Positions 36,630 through 46,665 of a stretch of DNA of 64,000 nucleotides are shown here, in pieces; within the stretch, counting starts at the first letter, position 1; each line of letters starts with the position of its first letter. The notes beneath the pieces were generated by a model. It was not told the DNA's origin. It did no database searches and saw only the letters and a list, made by a program, of their open reading frames with translations. Source of the DNA: Candidatus Roizmanbacteria bacterium RIFOXYC1_FULL_41_16 (GTDB lineage: Bacteria; Patescibacteriota; Microgenomatia; UBA1406); the NCBI GenBank assembly GCA_001788295.1, contig MGBO01000007.1, positions 14,263-78,262 on the forward strand, given 5' to 3'. A program made the translations under genes and the position numbers.

Positions 36630-38046
36630 ATTAAAATTCTTTCTCCTGTGCCTAGTGTTATTAATGGCGATTGGAGTCAGGCTTTACAAAATTAATAATT
36701 CGCTCACCGAATGGTTTTCCTGGCGCCAATCAGATACCGCGGCAGTCGGCCGGTTTTTGCAACAAAACAATTTCAATTTACTCAAACCTCAATATTACGA
36801 CCTGTCAAATATTCAGTCGGCAGTTGACAATCCTGGGGGGTGGCGAATGGTTGAGTTTCCGATTTACAACGCTATGTTTGCCGGGCTCAACAGCACTTTT
36901 CCCGCCATTTCTCTGGAAATGTGGGCCAGAATAGTCACAATCGCTTTTTCTTTACTGATTATTGTCTGTTTGTTTTTTATTTTAGAATCTGAATTTGGTT
37001 TGGCTGAGGCTTTTTTTGGGTCGTTGTTTTTTGCCGTCAATCCTTTTATTGTTTTTTATTCGCGCACAATTCTACCCGATATGCCCGCGACGGCAATGGC
37101 TTTCTTAGCAATATATTTTCTGTACCGATATTTAAAAGGTGATTGGTTTGTGTTATTGTTGGCTAGCCTCTCAATGGCGACAGCGCTTTTAATGAAGCCA
37201 ACGGTGATTTTCTTTATTGTGCCGGCACTGTATTTACTTTGGATCAAAGCACATTCGTCAGCCAATAAAATAATCACCATTGTCGTTTTTATGCTGTTTT
37301 CTATATTGCCGCTGGTTTGGTGGCGCCATTATATTCAGCAGTTTCCAGAGGGCATTCCTTACAGCCAATGGTTATTGACTTCGGTTAATACTTCCACCGG
37401 TTTGCAGTCGATCTTTTTCCGGCCGGCCTTTTTCCGTTGGATTTTTTTTGAAAGAATCAGTCAATTGATTATGGGCGGTTACTTAGTTTTTTTCCTGTTA
37501 TTTGGTTTGTTTATTGAGACCAAAAAAAATCTAAAACTGCATTTTTGGCTGTTTCTGGCCGCACTGCTTTATTTGTTTACTTTTCAGGGTGGTAATGTTC
37601 AGCACGAATATTATCAGATCTTGATTATGCCGGCCTTAGCCATGCTGGTAGGAGTAGGAGTGGGCAATTATTTTAGGCAAAAAAAAGCCGGTTACCTGGT
37701 GTTACGGGTCTTAATTACTCTGGCCATTTTTACCAGCGCCACTTTGTTTACTTTTTATCAGGTTAGGGGCAAGTATGACGAACAACCTAATTTAATGCTG
37801 ATTGCCGATGTCTTGCATTCACTAACTAATAAGAATGATTTAATTGTGTCAGACAGTCAGGGCGATACGACGCTTCTATATTTGAGTGATCGTCGAGGTT
37901 ATCCGGCTCCTTATCGAGAACTGCCAATTCTCAAAGATCAGGGAGCGGATTATTTTGTCACGCAAAACTTGGACTACAAAGAAAAACTGGCTGGTCAATA
38001 TTCACTGGTGTTTGAAAACGACCAAGTTTTGATTTTCAAACTATGA
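36610..38046 (+). CDS. GT-C fold (PMT_2-like) glycosyltransferase
   Basis: WRQSDT, EFPIY, YSRTILPD, HEYYQ; polytopic. Start set at ATG 36610. Confidence 0.8.
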   Translation: MKSAGGKLKFFLLCLVLLMAIGVRLYKINNSLTEWFSWRQSDTAAVGRFLQQNNFNLLKPQYYDLSNIQSAVDNPGGWRMVEFPIYNAMFAGLNSTFPAISLEMWARIVTIAFSLLIIVCLFFILESEFGLAEAFFGSLFFAVNPFIVFYSRTILPDMPATAMAFLAIYFLYRYLKGDWFVLLLASLSMATALLMKPTVIFFIVPALYLLWIKAHSSANKIITIVVFMLFSILPLVWWRHYIQQFPEGIPYSQWLLTSVNTSTGLQSIFFRPAFFRWIFFERISQLIMGGYLVFFLLFGLFIETKKNLKLHFWLFLAALLYLFTFQGGNVQHEYYQILIMPALAMLVGVGVGNYFRQKKAGYLVLRVLITLAIFTSATLFTFYQVRGKYDEQPNLMLIADVLHSLTNKNDLIVSDSQGDTTLLYLSDRRGYPAPYRELPILKDQGADYFVTQNLDYKEKLAGQYSLVFENDQVLIFKL

Positions 38047-39236
38047 AGATTTTAATGCTGACGCCCTACCTGCCTTATCCGCCTTCTTCCGGCGGCCAGG
38101 TGAGAACCTACAACTTACTCAAATATTTGAGCCGAAATCACAAAATAACCCTGATTTCGCTTTACAAGTTTGAGCAAGAAAAAAAATATCTCAAACCGCT
38201 TCAAAAATTTTGTGAAGAAATCCATCTTTGCAAACGAGCCGAAAAACCCTGGCAAATAAGAATTGTCTTGAGCGCGGTTTTTTCCAACCGGCCTTTTTTA
38301 ATCGTCCGAAACTATTCCAGCGAAGCTTATGAGATTCTAAAAAAACTGTTGGCGACTAATCATTACGACGTTATTCACGCCGAGACTTTTTACATTATGC
38401 CTCATTTGCCCAATACCCAAGTGCCGATTGTTCTGGTTGAACAAACAATTGAGTACAAGGTTTATCAGCATTTCGTCCATTCTTTGCCTTTTTTTGTCCG
38501 GCCGTTTTTTTACCTGGATATTATGAAACTGATTCGCTGGGAAAGGCACTTTTGGCGAAAAGCCAATTTGGTGGCAACCGTGTCCGAATCCGATCGGCAG
38601 GAGATCAAAAAACTGGAGCCCAAGATCAATCCGGCCATTATTCCTAATGGGGCTGGTGACGAAATGCTCACTCTCAAATTAAAAAATAAAGACCTCACAC
38701 AGCCCAAATTATTGTTTATGGGCAACTTTTTTTGGTTGCAAAATGTCGAGGCGGCTCACTATTTAATCAATTCGATTTACCCGCTCTTAATCAACCGATT
38801 AAAACATTTCAAATTAATTATTGCCGGCCAAAACGCCAATAATAAATTAGGAATAATCAAGAAAAAAAATCTCGACGTCATTGACGTCAAAACCGATGAC
38901 ATTGCTATTGTCAAAAAACTTTATCAGGATGCCACGCTTTTTGTCTCTCCTATTTATGGACCCGGTGGCACCAGGCTGAAAATTTTAGCCGCTATGGCGA
39001 GCGGCTTGCCGATTATTTCCTCAGCCACCGGAATTCAGGGTTTGGATTTGCAGGCCGGTCGCGATGTTTTGCTGGCCGATTCGGTCGAGGCGTTTATGAG
39101 TCAGGTCGAAGCGATTCTAAAAGACAAAAAGCGTTTCCAGCAGATCCAAAAAAATGCTTATTCTTTGGTTCGGAAAAAATACAGTTGGCAGAAAATTGCC
39201 CAAAATCTGGAACGAGTTTATTACAAAATCAAATGA
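38043..39236 (+). CDS. Glycosyltransferase family 4
   Basis: PYPPSSGGQVR, IPNG, GTRLKILAAMASGLP. Confidence 0.9.
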   Translation: MKILMLTPYLPYPPSSGGQVRTYNLLKYLSRNHKITLISLYKFEQEKKYLKPLQKFCEEIHLCKRAEKPWQIRIVLSAVFSNRPFLIVRNYSSEAYEILKKLLATNHYDVIHAETFYIMPHLPNTQVPIVLVEQTIEYKVYQHFVHSLPFFVRPFFYLDIMKLIRWERHFWRKANLVATVSESDRQEIKKLEPKINPAIIPNGAGDEMLTLKLKNKDLTQPKLLFMGNFFWLQNVEAAHYLINSIYPLLINRLKHFKLIIAGQNANNKLGIIKKKNLDVIDVKTDDIAIVKKLYQDATLFVSPIYGPGGTRLKILAAMASGLPIISSATGIQGLDLQAGRDVLLADSVEAFMSQVEAILKDKKRFQQIQKNAYSLVRKKYSWQKIAQNLERVYYKIK

Positions 39237-40327
39237 GAATCGGCATTGATATTTCGCAAATTGTTTATTCGGGCACAGGCGTGGCCCGGTATACTCAGGG
39301 TCTGGTTGAGGCAATTCTTCAATACGAAAACCAGCATCAGTGGGTATTTTTCTTTGCTTCCCTTAGAAGAGCCTTGCCGGCAAAGCTGGTTGCCCAGATT
39401 GCCCAAAAAGGCTTTATTCTTAAACAGTACAAAATTCCACCGACACTTTTGTCTTTGCTGTGGAACCGGTGGCATTTTATAAACGTCGAATGGCTCACTG
39501 GTAAGCTGGATTGGTATATCAGTTCGGATTGGACAGAGCCCCCGGTTAAAAACGCCAAAAAAGCAACCATTATTCATGACCTGGCTTTTTTACATTATCC
39601 CGAAACTATTGACTGGAAAATTCTTAAAACTCAGCAACAAAGACTGATTCATGTTTGCCACGAATCCGATCTGATTTTGGCCGATTCCGATTCCACCAAA
39701 CGTGATATTGAGCATTTCTTAACTTTAAATAAGGCCAAAGTCCAAACCATTTACCCAGGAATTTCGACCCGGATTCCCGATAAGAGCACGGTGCAAAAAA
39801 CCTTGGCCAAGTTTGGTCTAAAGAAACAAAACTTTATTTTGAGTGTCGGCAAATTAGAGCCGCGTAAAAATCTGGAACGCTTGCTCGAAGCATACAAAAA
39901 GCTCAATCAATCCAAATACCAGCTCATCATTGTCGGTCCCAAAGGCTGGGGCAGTCTTAATTTGGCAGGCGAAAATGTTCGAGTGATTGGCTTTGTCAAA
40001 GACGAGGAACTTTATTCTCTGTATCAAGCATGTTTGTTTTTTGTCTACCCCTCGCTTTACGAAGGTTTTGGTTATCCGGTTTTGGAGGCGGCCAGTTTAG
40101 GAGCGGCAATTGCCACCTCCAATCGATCTTCGCTTCAAGAGTTGGGTCAGGGGATCAGTTTACAATTCAATCCGGAAAACGTGGCTGACATAACCGGCAA
40201 AATGAGCACTCTGATCAGTAATCCGGATTTGCGAACCGATTTGAGTCAAAAAGCGATTGTTAAAAGCCAGGAGTTTACCTGGCAAAAAACTTATCAACAA
40301 ATAGTTGAGGTTTTAAAGAATTCATGA
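39233..40327 (+). CDS. Glycosyltransferase family 4 (mannosyltransferase-like)
   Basis: TGVARYT, IHDL, GKLEPRKN, PSLYEGFGYPVLEA; ATGA overlap gives start 39233. Confidence 0.92.
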   Translation: MRIGIDISQIVYSGTGVARYTQGLVEAILQYENQHQWVFFFASLRRALPAKLVAQIAQKGFILKQYKIPPTLLSLLWNRWHFINVEWLTGKLDWYISSDWTEPPVKNAKKATIIHDLAFLHYPETIDWKILKTQQQRLIHVCHESDLILADSDSTKRDIEHFLTLNKAKVQTIYPGISTRIPDKSTVQKTLAKFGLKKQNFILSVGKLEPRKNLERLLEAYKKLNQSKYQLIIVGPKGWGSLNLAGENVRVIGFVKDEELYSLYQACLFFVYPSLYEGFGYPVLEAASLGAAIATSNRSSLQELGQGISLQFNPENVADITGKMSTLISNPDLRTDLSQKAIVKSQEFTWQKTYQQIVEVLKNS

Positions 40328-41406
40328 TTATTGGCATTGATGGCAATGAGGCCAATGTGAAGACACGCGTGGGCGTGGGCTGGTATGTGTATTATTTGCT
40401 CACCGAGTTCAAAAAGATCGCCGGTCCAAAATTACAGTTTCGGGTTTTTGTCAAAGAGCCGCCTCTGGATGATTTGCCCAAAGCCAGCTCTTATTTTAAT
40501 TATCAGATAGTTCCCAAACGCACTCTTTGGAGTCAGATTGATTTGCCCACTGCTCTTTTTTGGCACCATCGCGATTTGTCAGTTTTTTTGTCTCCGGCTC
40601 ATTACAGCCCGCGTTTTTGCCCTTGTCCGACTGTGGTTGTGGTTCACGACCTGTCTTATTTTTACTACCCCCAGGATTTTTTAAAAAAAGATCTTTACCA
40701 ACTGGTTAACTGGACTGCTTATTCGTTAAAAAAAGCACAGTCAATAATTGCCGTGTCTCAACTAACCAAAAAAGATATTGTCAAAAACTATGGCCTTCCC
40801 GAGTCCAAAATCAGGGTTGTTTATAATGGCTTCAGTCTTTCAAAAATCAAAGCGCAACCGCCCCAGTTTAAAATTAATAAACCCTATTTTTTATATTTGG
40901 GAACCTTGCAGCCACGCAAAAATATCCATAACTTGATCTTGGGTTTTGAACAGTTGTTGACCAAGCATCCTGAACAGAATCTTTATCTGGTTGGCAAAAA
41001 AGGCTGGCTTTATGAGGAGGTTTACGACTTGGTTAAGCGTCGTAATTTAGGTCACAAAATTATTTTTACCGACTATGTCAATGAAGCAGAAAAGTGGTTT
41101 CTGCTGAAGGAAGCGACAGCTCTGATTATGCCAGGTTGGTATGAGGGTTTTGGTTTACCGATTCTAGAAGCGTTTTCAGTTAAGACACCGGTGATTTGCA
41201 GCCAGGCCGGGGCCTTGCCGGAAATTGCCGGAGAGGCCGCTTTGTACTTTGATCCGGCTAAGCCGGTTGAGCTGGCTGAGGCAATGCAATCCCTGATTAA
41301 AAATCCAGAGCTGAGGACCAAATTGATTAGTGAGGGATTACGGCAGCTCAAACAATTTTCCTGGAGCCAAACTGCCGCTGACATTCTCAAAATAATTGAG
41401 GCATAA
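40324..41406 (+). CDS. Glycosyltransferase family 4
   Basis: VHDL, GTLQPRKN, YEGFGLPILEA, FSWSQTA. Confidence 0.92.
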   Translation: MIIGIDGNEANVKTRVGVGWYVYYLLTEFKKIAGPKLQFRVFVKEPPLDDLPKASSYFNYQIVPKRTLWSQIDLPTALFWHHRDLSVFLSPAHYSPRFCPCPTVVVVHDLSYFYYPQDFLKKDLYQLVNWTAYSLKKAQSIIAVSQLTKKDIVKNYGLPESKIRVVYNGFSLSKIKAQPPQFKINKPYFLYLGTLQPRKNIHNLILGFEQLLTKHPEQNLYLVGKKGWLYEEVYDLVKRRNLGHKIIFTDYVNEAEKWFLLKEATALIMPGWYEGFGLPILEAFSVKTPVICSQAGALPEIAGEAALYFDPAKPVELAEAMQSLIKNPELRTKLISEGLRQLKQFSWSQTAADILKIIEA

Positions 41407-41469
41407 AAACTCTCGACAAACAGTGCAGAATAAAGTAAGCTTGGATAATTAACAGTTTACAAAACGAGT

Positions 41470-41703
41470 ATGGACGAGCCAACTAATACAGAGGCACAGG
41501 AAGAAATTATTTACGAGTTTGACAAAAACGAGCGCGAAGTCGTTAAACTGCGCAAATCAGTGTTCAAAGGCAAAGAATATGTTGATTTACGACTCTATGT
41601 CAAAACTCCGGAGGGAGAAGACGATATTCCCACCAAAAAAGGGGTCAACTTGCCGGTGGAGATGATTGCCGAACTCAAAAAAGCGATTGCCAAACTTAAG
41701 TAA
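41470..41703 (+). CDS. PC4/YdbC family ssDNA-binding protein
   Basis: FKGKEYVDLRLY...PTKKGVNL. Confidence 0.85.
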   Translation: MDEPTNTEAQEEIIYEFDKNEREVVKLRKSVFKGKEYVDLRLYVKTPEGEDDIPTKKGVNLPVEMIAELKKAIAKLK

Positions 41704-43036
41704 GCTGTTTCAGATAAGAGAGCAGGGCTTTTTTTTCATTCTTTAATTTGTTGGCTTCGACCTGGGCAAAAACCTGATTCAGAATTTGCCCGACTTTGGG
41801 CCCGGGTTTGAGTTTGAGTGTTTTCATCACTTGGATACCATCGATTTTCAAGTCAGTGATACTAAACGGTTTTTGCTGAACTTTTTTTAATCTTTCCAAA
41901 AACAATTCCGTTCGCCAGGAAGTCAATTTGGCGCCCGAGCCCACACGGTCGGCAAACCGCAGGTCAATAATATCCTGAAGATTGTCCGGCCCCACGTTGC
42001 GGATGAAACGTTTGAGAGCACTGTCGGTTTGCAGTTCGCTGACAGTAAACTGATGGTAGCGCACCAGTTTAGTTAACTTGACCAATTCTTTTTTACTCAG
42101 TTTAAGACGTTTGCCAATTTCATAAACCATTTCGGTTCCGACAATCTCGTGATTATAAAATGTCACAATTCCGTTCGGGTCGATTGCCCTGGTTTTGATT
42201 TTTCCCAGATCATGGAGCAAGCAGGCGAGTCTAACCAAAGGATTTTTGTTTTGACAGTGTTTCAGAGTCATAAACAAATGAGTACCCAAATCATAGATAT
42301 GATGTCTTTCCGGGCTGACCTGATCAATCGAAAAAGCCGTGACCAGTTCCGGCAAAATATGGTCCAGTAAGCCGGTTTCTTTAAGAAGCATCATTCCGTC
42401 GTAGGGATTATCTGAGGCCAGGATTTTCATCAATTCGTCGCGCAGCCGCTCACTGCTTATTCTTTTTAGTAACTGGTTGTGGGTTTTAAGGGCCCGGCGG
42501 GTTTCCTGTTCAATTGTAAAACCCAGTTGGCAGCTGAAACGTACGGCCCGCAGCAGTCTGAGGGCGTCTTCCTGAAACCGCTCCTCCGGTTTGCCGATTG
42601 TCCGAATGATCTTTTTTTCTAAATCAGCCTTTCCCTGAAACAGGTCGACAAAGGTTTTGCCGTCGTAGCAAAAGGCATTAATGGTAAAGTCGCGTCTTTT
42701 CAAATCCTCAGCCAATGATTTTCCCCAGGCAATTTGATCAGGATGACGAGAGTCGCGATAATTGTTTTCCGTCCGGTAAGTGGTAATTTCAAAAAAATCC
42801 CCTTTTTCAAGCGGGACAATCACGGTGCCAAAACGATTTTCATATTTGGCATTTTCAAAAAGTGCCAGAATTTGTTCGGGAGTGGCGTTGGTCGTAAAAT
42901 CAATGCCAATTCCATCAGTCTGGCGTTTCAGAAGCTGGTCGCGAAGGTAGCCGCCCACCACATAGCATTCGTAGCCGTGTTTTTTAAAATCAGCAATTAG
43001 CTGGCTGACTTTCTTGGGTAATATTAGTTGCGTCAT
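41696..43036 (-). CDS. cca: CCA tRNA nucleotidyltransferase with HD domain
   Basis: VVGGYLRD, EITTYR, DLKRRDFTINA, RFQEDALRLLRAVRF, LLHDLGK. Start set at MTQL (43036). Confidence 0.9.
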   Translation of the reverse strand: MTQLILPKKVSQLIADFKKHGYECYVVGGYLRDQLLKRQTDGIGIDFTTNATPEQILALFENAKYENRFGTVIVPLEKGDFFEITTYRTENNYRDSRHPDQIAWGKSLAEDLKRRDFTINAFCYDGKTFVDLFQGKADLEKKIIRTIGKPEERFQEDALRLLRAVRFSCQLGFTIEQETRRALKTHNQLLKRISSERLRDELMKILASDNPYDGMMLLKETGLLDHILPELVTAFSIDQVSPERHHIYDLGTHLFMTLKHCQNKNPLVRLACLLHDLGKIKTRAIDPNGIVTFYNHEIVGTEMVYEIGKRLKLSKKELVKLTKLVRYHQFTVSELQTDSALKRFIRNVGPDNLQDIIDLRFADRVGSGAKLTSWRTELFLERLKKVQQKPFSITDLKIDGIQVMKTLKLKPGPKVGQILNQVFAQVEANKLKNEKKALLSYLKQLT

Positions 43037-43165
43037 CTTTTGTATTATATTATAATTTAATCCACTATGGGTTTTGACACACCTCGCTATCTTATTATTA
43101 AAAAGATTTGTACTAATGTATAGTACAGATTCAATCACCAATCCCGCGGAAGCGGGATTTTTTTT
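43028..43165 (+). promoter_or_regulatory. pyrH promoter with uORF, hairpin and terminator-like leader
   Basis: TTGCGT-17-TATAAT; uORF 43067-43123; TGTACTA/TAGTACA stem; AATCCCGC-GGAA-GCGGGATT followed by a T run. Confidence 0.6.
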
Positions 43166-43177
43166 CGGTCGAAAATT

Positions 43178-44491
43178 ATGCAGGAAACATTAATTTTATC
43201 TATTGGCGGCAGTTTGATTGTCCCTAATGGAGGAATTAATGTTGATTTTTTAACCAAGCTGAATGTTTTTGTCCGCCGGAATGTTTCCAAAAATCGCCGG
43301 CTGTTTCTGGTTGCCGGAGGCGGAACCACAGCCCGTCATTATATTGACGGCGGCAAAAAAGTAATTAAGAAAATCACCAACGACGACTTGGATTGGCTCG
43401 GGATTCATTCCTCTCGTCTCAACGCTCATTTGTTAAGAACCATTTTCCGCGATTTGGCCCACCCTCGTATTACCGAAAACTATGATCACCGGATTTTAAA
43501 TCTAAGAGAGCCGGTTATGATTGGCGCCGGCTGGAAACCGGGCTGGTCTACCGATTATTGCGCGGTGATGTTTGCCAAAAACTACAATGCCAATCTGGTG
43601 ATCAATTTGTCCAATCTATACTGGATTTACGACAAAGACCCCAATGTTTATCACGGCGCCAAAGTCATTGAAAAAACGACTTGGGATTTTTACCAAACAC
43701 TGGTTGGCGATAAATGGACACCGGGTTTGTCGGCGCCGATCGATCCCATTGCCGCCGCTCTTTCCAAAGAACTCAAACTGACTGTGATCACCACCAAAGG
43801 CGACGATTTCCGCAACTTACAGCGGATTGTGGACGGAGAAAGTTTCAAAGGTACCGTAATCCGGCCTTTCGACGTGTCATCGGCTTTTTACGACCGTCAG
43901 TATTATCTGGGCGAAAAAGGCGAATATCGTTATGTTGGCGGAATCAACAAAGCCAAGGAAATATTATTCAAATTAGCCAATTGGTATCGGGCTTTATATA
44001 TCAAATTACAGTTTAACCCCAAAACTTTACTGGATGTCGGTTGCGGCACCGGTGAGCTGGTCCACAACTTAAGGCTTTTGGGAGTCGATGCTCGAGGCGT
44101 GGAGTTGTCGCCGGACGCTTTGGCGATGGCTAGGGACAATGTGAAGCCCTTTTTGAGCCAGGGAGACGCTGAGAAACTGCCTTTTAAGAATAATTCATTT
44201 GAAATGGTAATCAGTATTGATGTTTTAGAGCACTTGGAAAGATCAAAATTGCAAAAAGTCGTTAATGAAACAGTGAGAGTGGCCAAAAAAGCAGTGCTGC
44301 ACAAGATTTTTACCCAGGAGAATGTTCTTTTAGACTTTTTCCATAGCGACGACCCTTCTCACGTCTCAGTTTTCTCTCAGGGTTTTTGGGAAAGACTGTT
44401 TATTAATACCAAGAACGTCGCGGTGGCCCGTAAGTTTTTCCGGCTGCCTTCTTATCTTGAGAGTGTCTATCTTCTCAAGAAAAACGATTAA
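43178..44491 (+). CDS. pyrH: Archaeal-type UMP kinase fused to a class I SAM-dependent methyltransferase
   Basis: N-terminal LSIGGSLI, VAGGGTTARHY, DWLGI, PGWSTD, IYDKDP, PIDP; C-terminal LLDVGCGTG, GDAEKLPF, DVLEH, DPSHV. Confidence 0.88.
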   Translation: MQETLILSIGGSLIVPNGGINVDFLTKLNVFVRRNVSKNRRLFLVAGGGTTARHYIDGGKKVIKKITNDDLDWLGIHSSRLNAHLLRTIFRDLAHPRITENYDHRILNLREPVMIGAGWKPGWSTDYCAVMFAKNYNANLVINLSNLYWIYDKDPNVYHGAKVIEKTTWDFYQTLVGDKWTPGLSAPIDPIAAALSKELKLTVITTKGDDFRNLQRIVDGESFKGTVIRPFDVSSAFYDRQYYLGEKGEYRYVGGINKAKEILFKLANWYRALYIKLQFNPKTLLDVGCGTGELVHNLRLLGVDARGVELSPDALAMARDNVKPFLSQGDAEKLPFKNNSFEMVISIDVLEHLERSKLQKVVNETVRVAKKAVLHKIFTQENVLLDFFHSDDPSHVSVFSQGFWERLFINTKNVAVARKFFRLPSYLESVYLLKKND

Positions 44492-44501
44492 CCAAAGCAG
44501 A

Positions 44502-45578
44502 ATGTTTCTCAAATCAATCACTTTATCCGGTTTCCGGTCTTTTAATAAAAAAGACTATTTTCAATTTGATCCCAAGTTTACGCTGATTATCGGTCCTAAT
44601 TCAGTTGGCAAAACCAATCTCTTAGAATCGATTTATTTTCTGAGCAAAGGCAACGGTTTTCGGGACAAAAAAACTTATGAGTTGGTCTCATCCGGCCAGC
44701 CGCTTTGTGTGGTTGAGGCCGAGTTGTCAAACAAAGATCAGGCAACCAATCTGGGTATTAAACTCAATCAAAAAGACCAGGAAGTCCGCAAAAGTTTTTT
44801 CATCAACCAATTAAACAAAACTTTCAAACAGTACAGTCAGCGCACTTTTAGCGTCGTCTTGTTTCAGCCAGAGGATTTGCTTATGGTCAACGGCACCCCG
44901 GACAAGCGCCGGAGCTATTTTGATCGGGTTTTGGCCCAGGTCGGCTACCAGTATTATCTGGCCAGGCAAAATTTTAGCCGCGGTTTATACAAGCGCAATA
45001 AAATTCTGGAAAACCAGCAGGAATATCAAAAGCCGGTACTTTTGGATTTGTTACGTTTTTGGGATCAATATCTGGAGGAGCAGGCCTCAGTTTTACAAAA
45101 ACAAAGGTTAAGTTTGGTAGAAGCTTTCAACACTCGTCCGTCCTTAAACGGCATGAGTTTCAAAATTATGTATGAGCAAAATCACTTTATCAGTAGTGGC
45201 GACGCCAAACAGTTGAGCCTGGAATTAAAAAATCGCCGCACTCTTTCTGGGCCTCAGCTGGACGACTTCATCTTTGTCCGTCTTAATCACACTCAAGATA
45301 AGTTACTGTCTCAGTATGGTTCCCGGAGCGAGCAGCGGCTGTGTGTACTTTGGCTCAAAATCAACGAATTGCAATATCTCAAAGAACAAAGCGGCCAGTT
45401 GCCCATTTTATTAATGGATGATATTTTTTCAGAACTGGATCAGGCCAATAGCGAGCGGATTTTACACGTTTCACAAGATTATCAAACCATTGTTACCACA
45501 GCCCATTTAGATATTCTGCCTCTGATTGAAAAAGCCGGACTGAAGATGATGGGCAAAACAATTACATTAACCCCCTGA
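44502..45578 (+). CDS. recF: DNA replication/repair protein RecF
   Basis: [49 protein letters not shown]. Start set at ATG 44502. Confidence 0.92.
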   Translation: MFLKSITLSGFRSFNKKDYFQFDPKFTLIIGPNSVGKTNLLESIYFLSKGNGFRDKKTYELVSSGQPLCVVEAELSNKDQATNLGIKLNQKDQEVRKSFFINQLNKTFKQYSQRTFSVVLFQPEDLLMVNGTPDKRRSYFDRVLAQVGYQYYLARQNFSRGLYKRNKILENQQEYQKPVLLDLLRFWDQYLEEQASVLQKQRLSLVEAFNTRPSLNGMSFKIMYEQNHFISSGDAKQLSLELKNRRTLSGPQLDDFIFVRLNHTQDKLLSQYGSRSEQRLCVLWLKINELQYLKEQSGQLPILLMDDIFSELDQANSERILHVSQDYQTIVTTAHLDILPLIEKAGLKMMGKTITLTP

Positions 45579-46656
45579 GTTTTTTGGCGCGTGAGGGATG
45601 TTTGAGTTTGCGGATTGCCTTGGCTTCAATCTGCCTGATGCGTTCACGGGTCACATTAAACTGCCGGCCGACTTCCTCCAGAGTTCTGGGTTTGCCGTCT
45701 TCCAGCCCGTAGCGCAATACCAAAACTTTGCGTTCCCTGGGAGTTAAGGTATCCAGTACCTCAAACAAATATTCCTTAATGAATTTGTTCGTGACATTGT
45801 CGTAAATGCTGCTTTGATTTGGATCCTTGATAAAGTCCTCCAGAGTGGCATCTTCCTCGTCGTTGATGGCCGTTGACAGCGAGGTGGTTCTTTGCGAAAT
45901 TCGGAACAGATTTTTGATTTCGTCCTCAGACATTTCCAGAGCGCGGCTCAATTCCTTAATGGTCGGGGTCCGGTTGTATTTTTGCATTAAGCGGCGCTGG
46001 ATTTTGTAAAGCTTGTTAATGTTTTCAACCATATGCACCGGAATGCGGATCGTGCGCGACTGATCGGCAATGGCCCGGGTAATGGCTTGCCTAATCCACC
46101 AAGTGGCATAAGTGGAGAATTTAAAACCACGGCGCCAATCGTATTTTTCCACCGCTTTCATCAAGCCCTGATTACCCTCCTGAATTAAGTCCAAAAAAGA
46201 CAAACCACGGCCAATATGTTTTTTGGCCACCGAAACCACTAATCTTAAATTCGAAACTACCAGTGTTTTTCGAGCCGCTTCGTCTTCATTTTCATAGCGT
46301 TTGGCAAGAGAGATTTCGTCTTCAAATTTCAGCAAGGGATAAGTGCCAATTTCTTTGAGGTAAATTTTGATCGGATCCAGCGATTCGCCCTTTTCCAGTT
46401 TGATCATGCTTTCCAGTTCTTTTTCCAGTTCCTGGGTGGATTTTTGCGCCTCTTGTTCCTCGCGGGTAGACACGTTTTCAAAAACGTCGATTTTTTTGTT
46501 CAAGAGGTAGTCAAACAAAGCGTCCAGTTCCGGCACATGTTTTTCCGGTTCGGGATAAAGATTCAAAACATCATCCAAAACCACAAAGCCGGAATCAATG
46601 CCGTCTTTGATGAACTGTTGCACGTTTGGTGCAAAAGAGTTGAGGTTGTTAGGCAT
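45562..46656 (-). CDS. rpoD: Primary sigma factor (sigma70/SigA)
   Basis: [48 protein letters not shown]...[10 protein letters not shown]. Confidence 0.98.
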   Translation of the reverse strand: MPNNLNSFAPNVQQFIKDGIDSGFVVLDDVLNLYPEPEKHVPELDALFDYLLNKKIDVFENVSTREEQEAQKSTQELEKELESMIKLEKGESLDPIKIYLKEIGTYPLLKFEDEISLAKRYENEDEAARKTLVVSNLRLVVSVAKKHIGRGLSFLDLIQEGNQGLMKAVEKYDWRRGFKFSTYATWWIRQAITRAIADQSRTIRIPVHMVENINKLYKIQRRLMQKYNRTPTIKELSRALEMSEDEIKNLFRISQRTTSLSTAINDEEDATLEDFIKDPNQSSIYDNVTNKFIKEYLFEVLDTLTPRERKVLVLRYGLEDGKPRTLEEVGRQFNVTRERIRQIEAKAIRKLKHPSRAKKLRGLM

Positions 46657-46665
46657 ATCTATATT

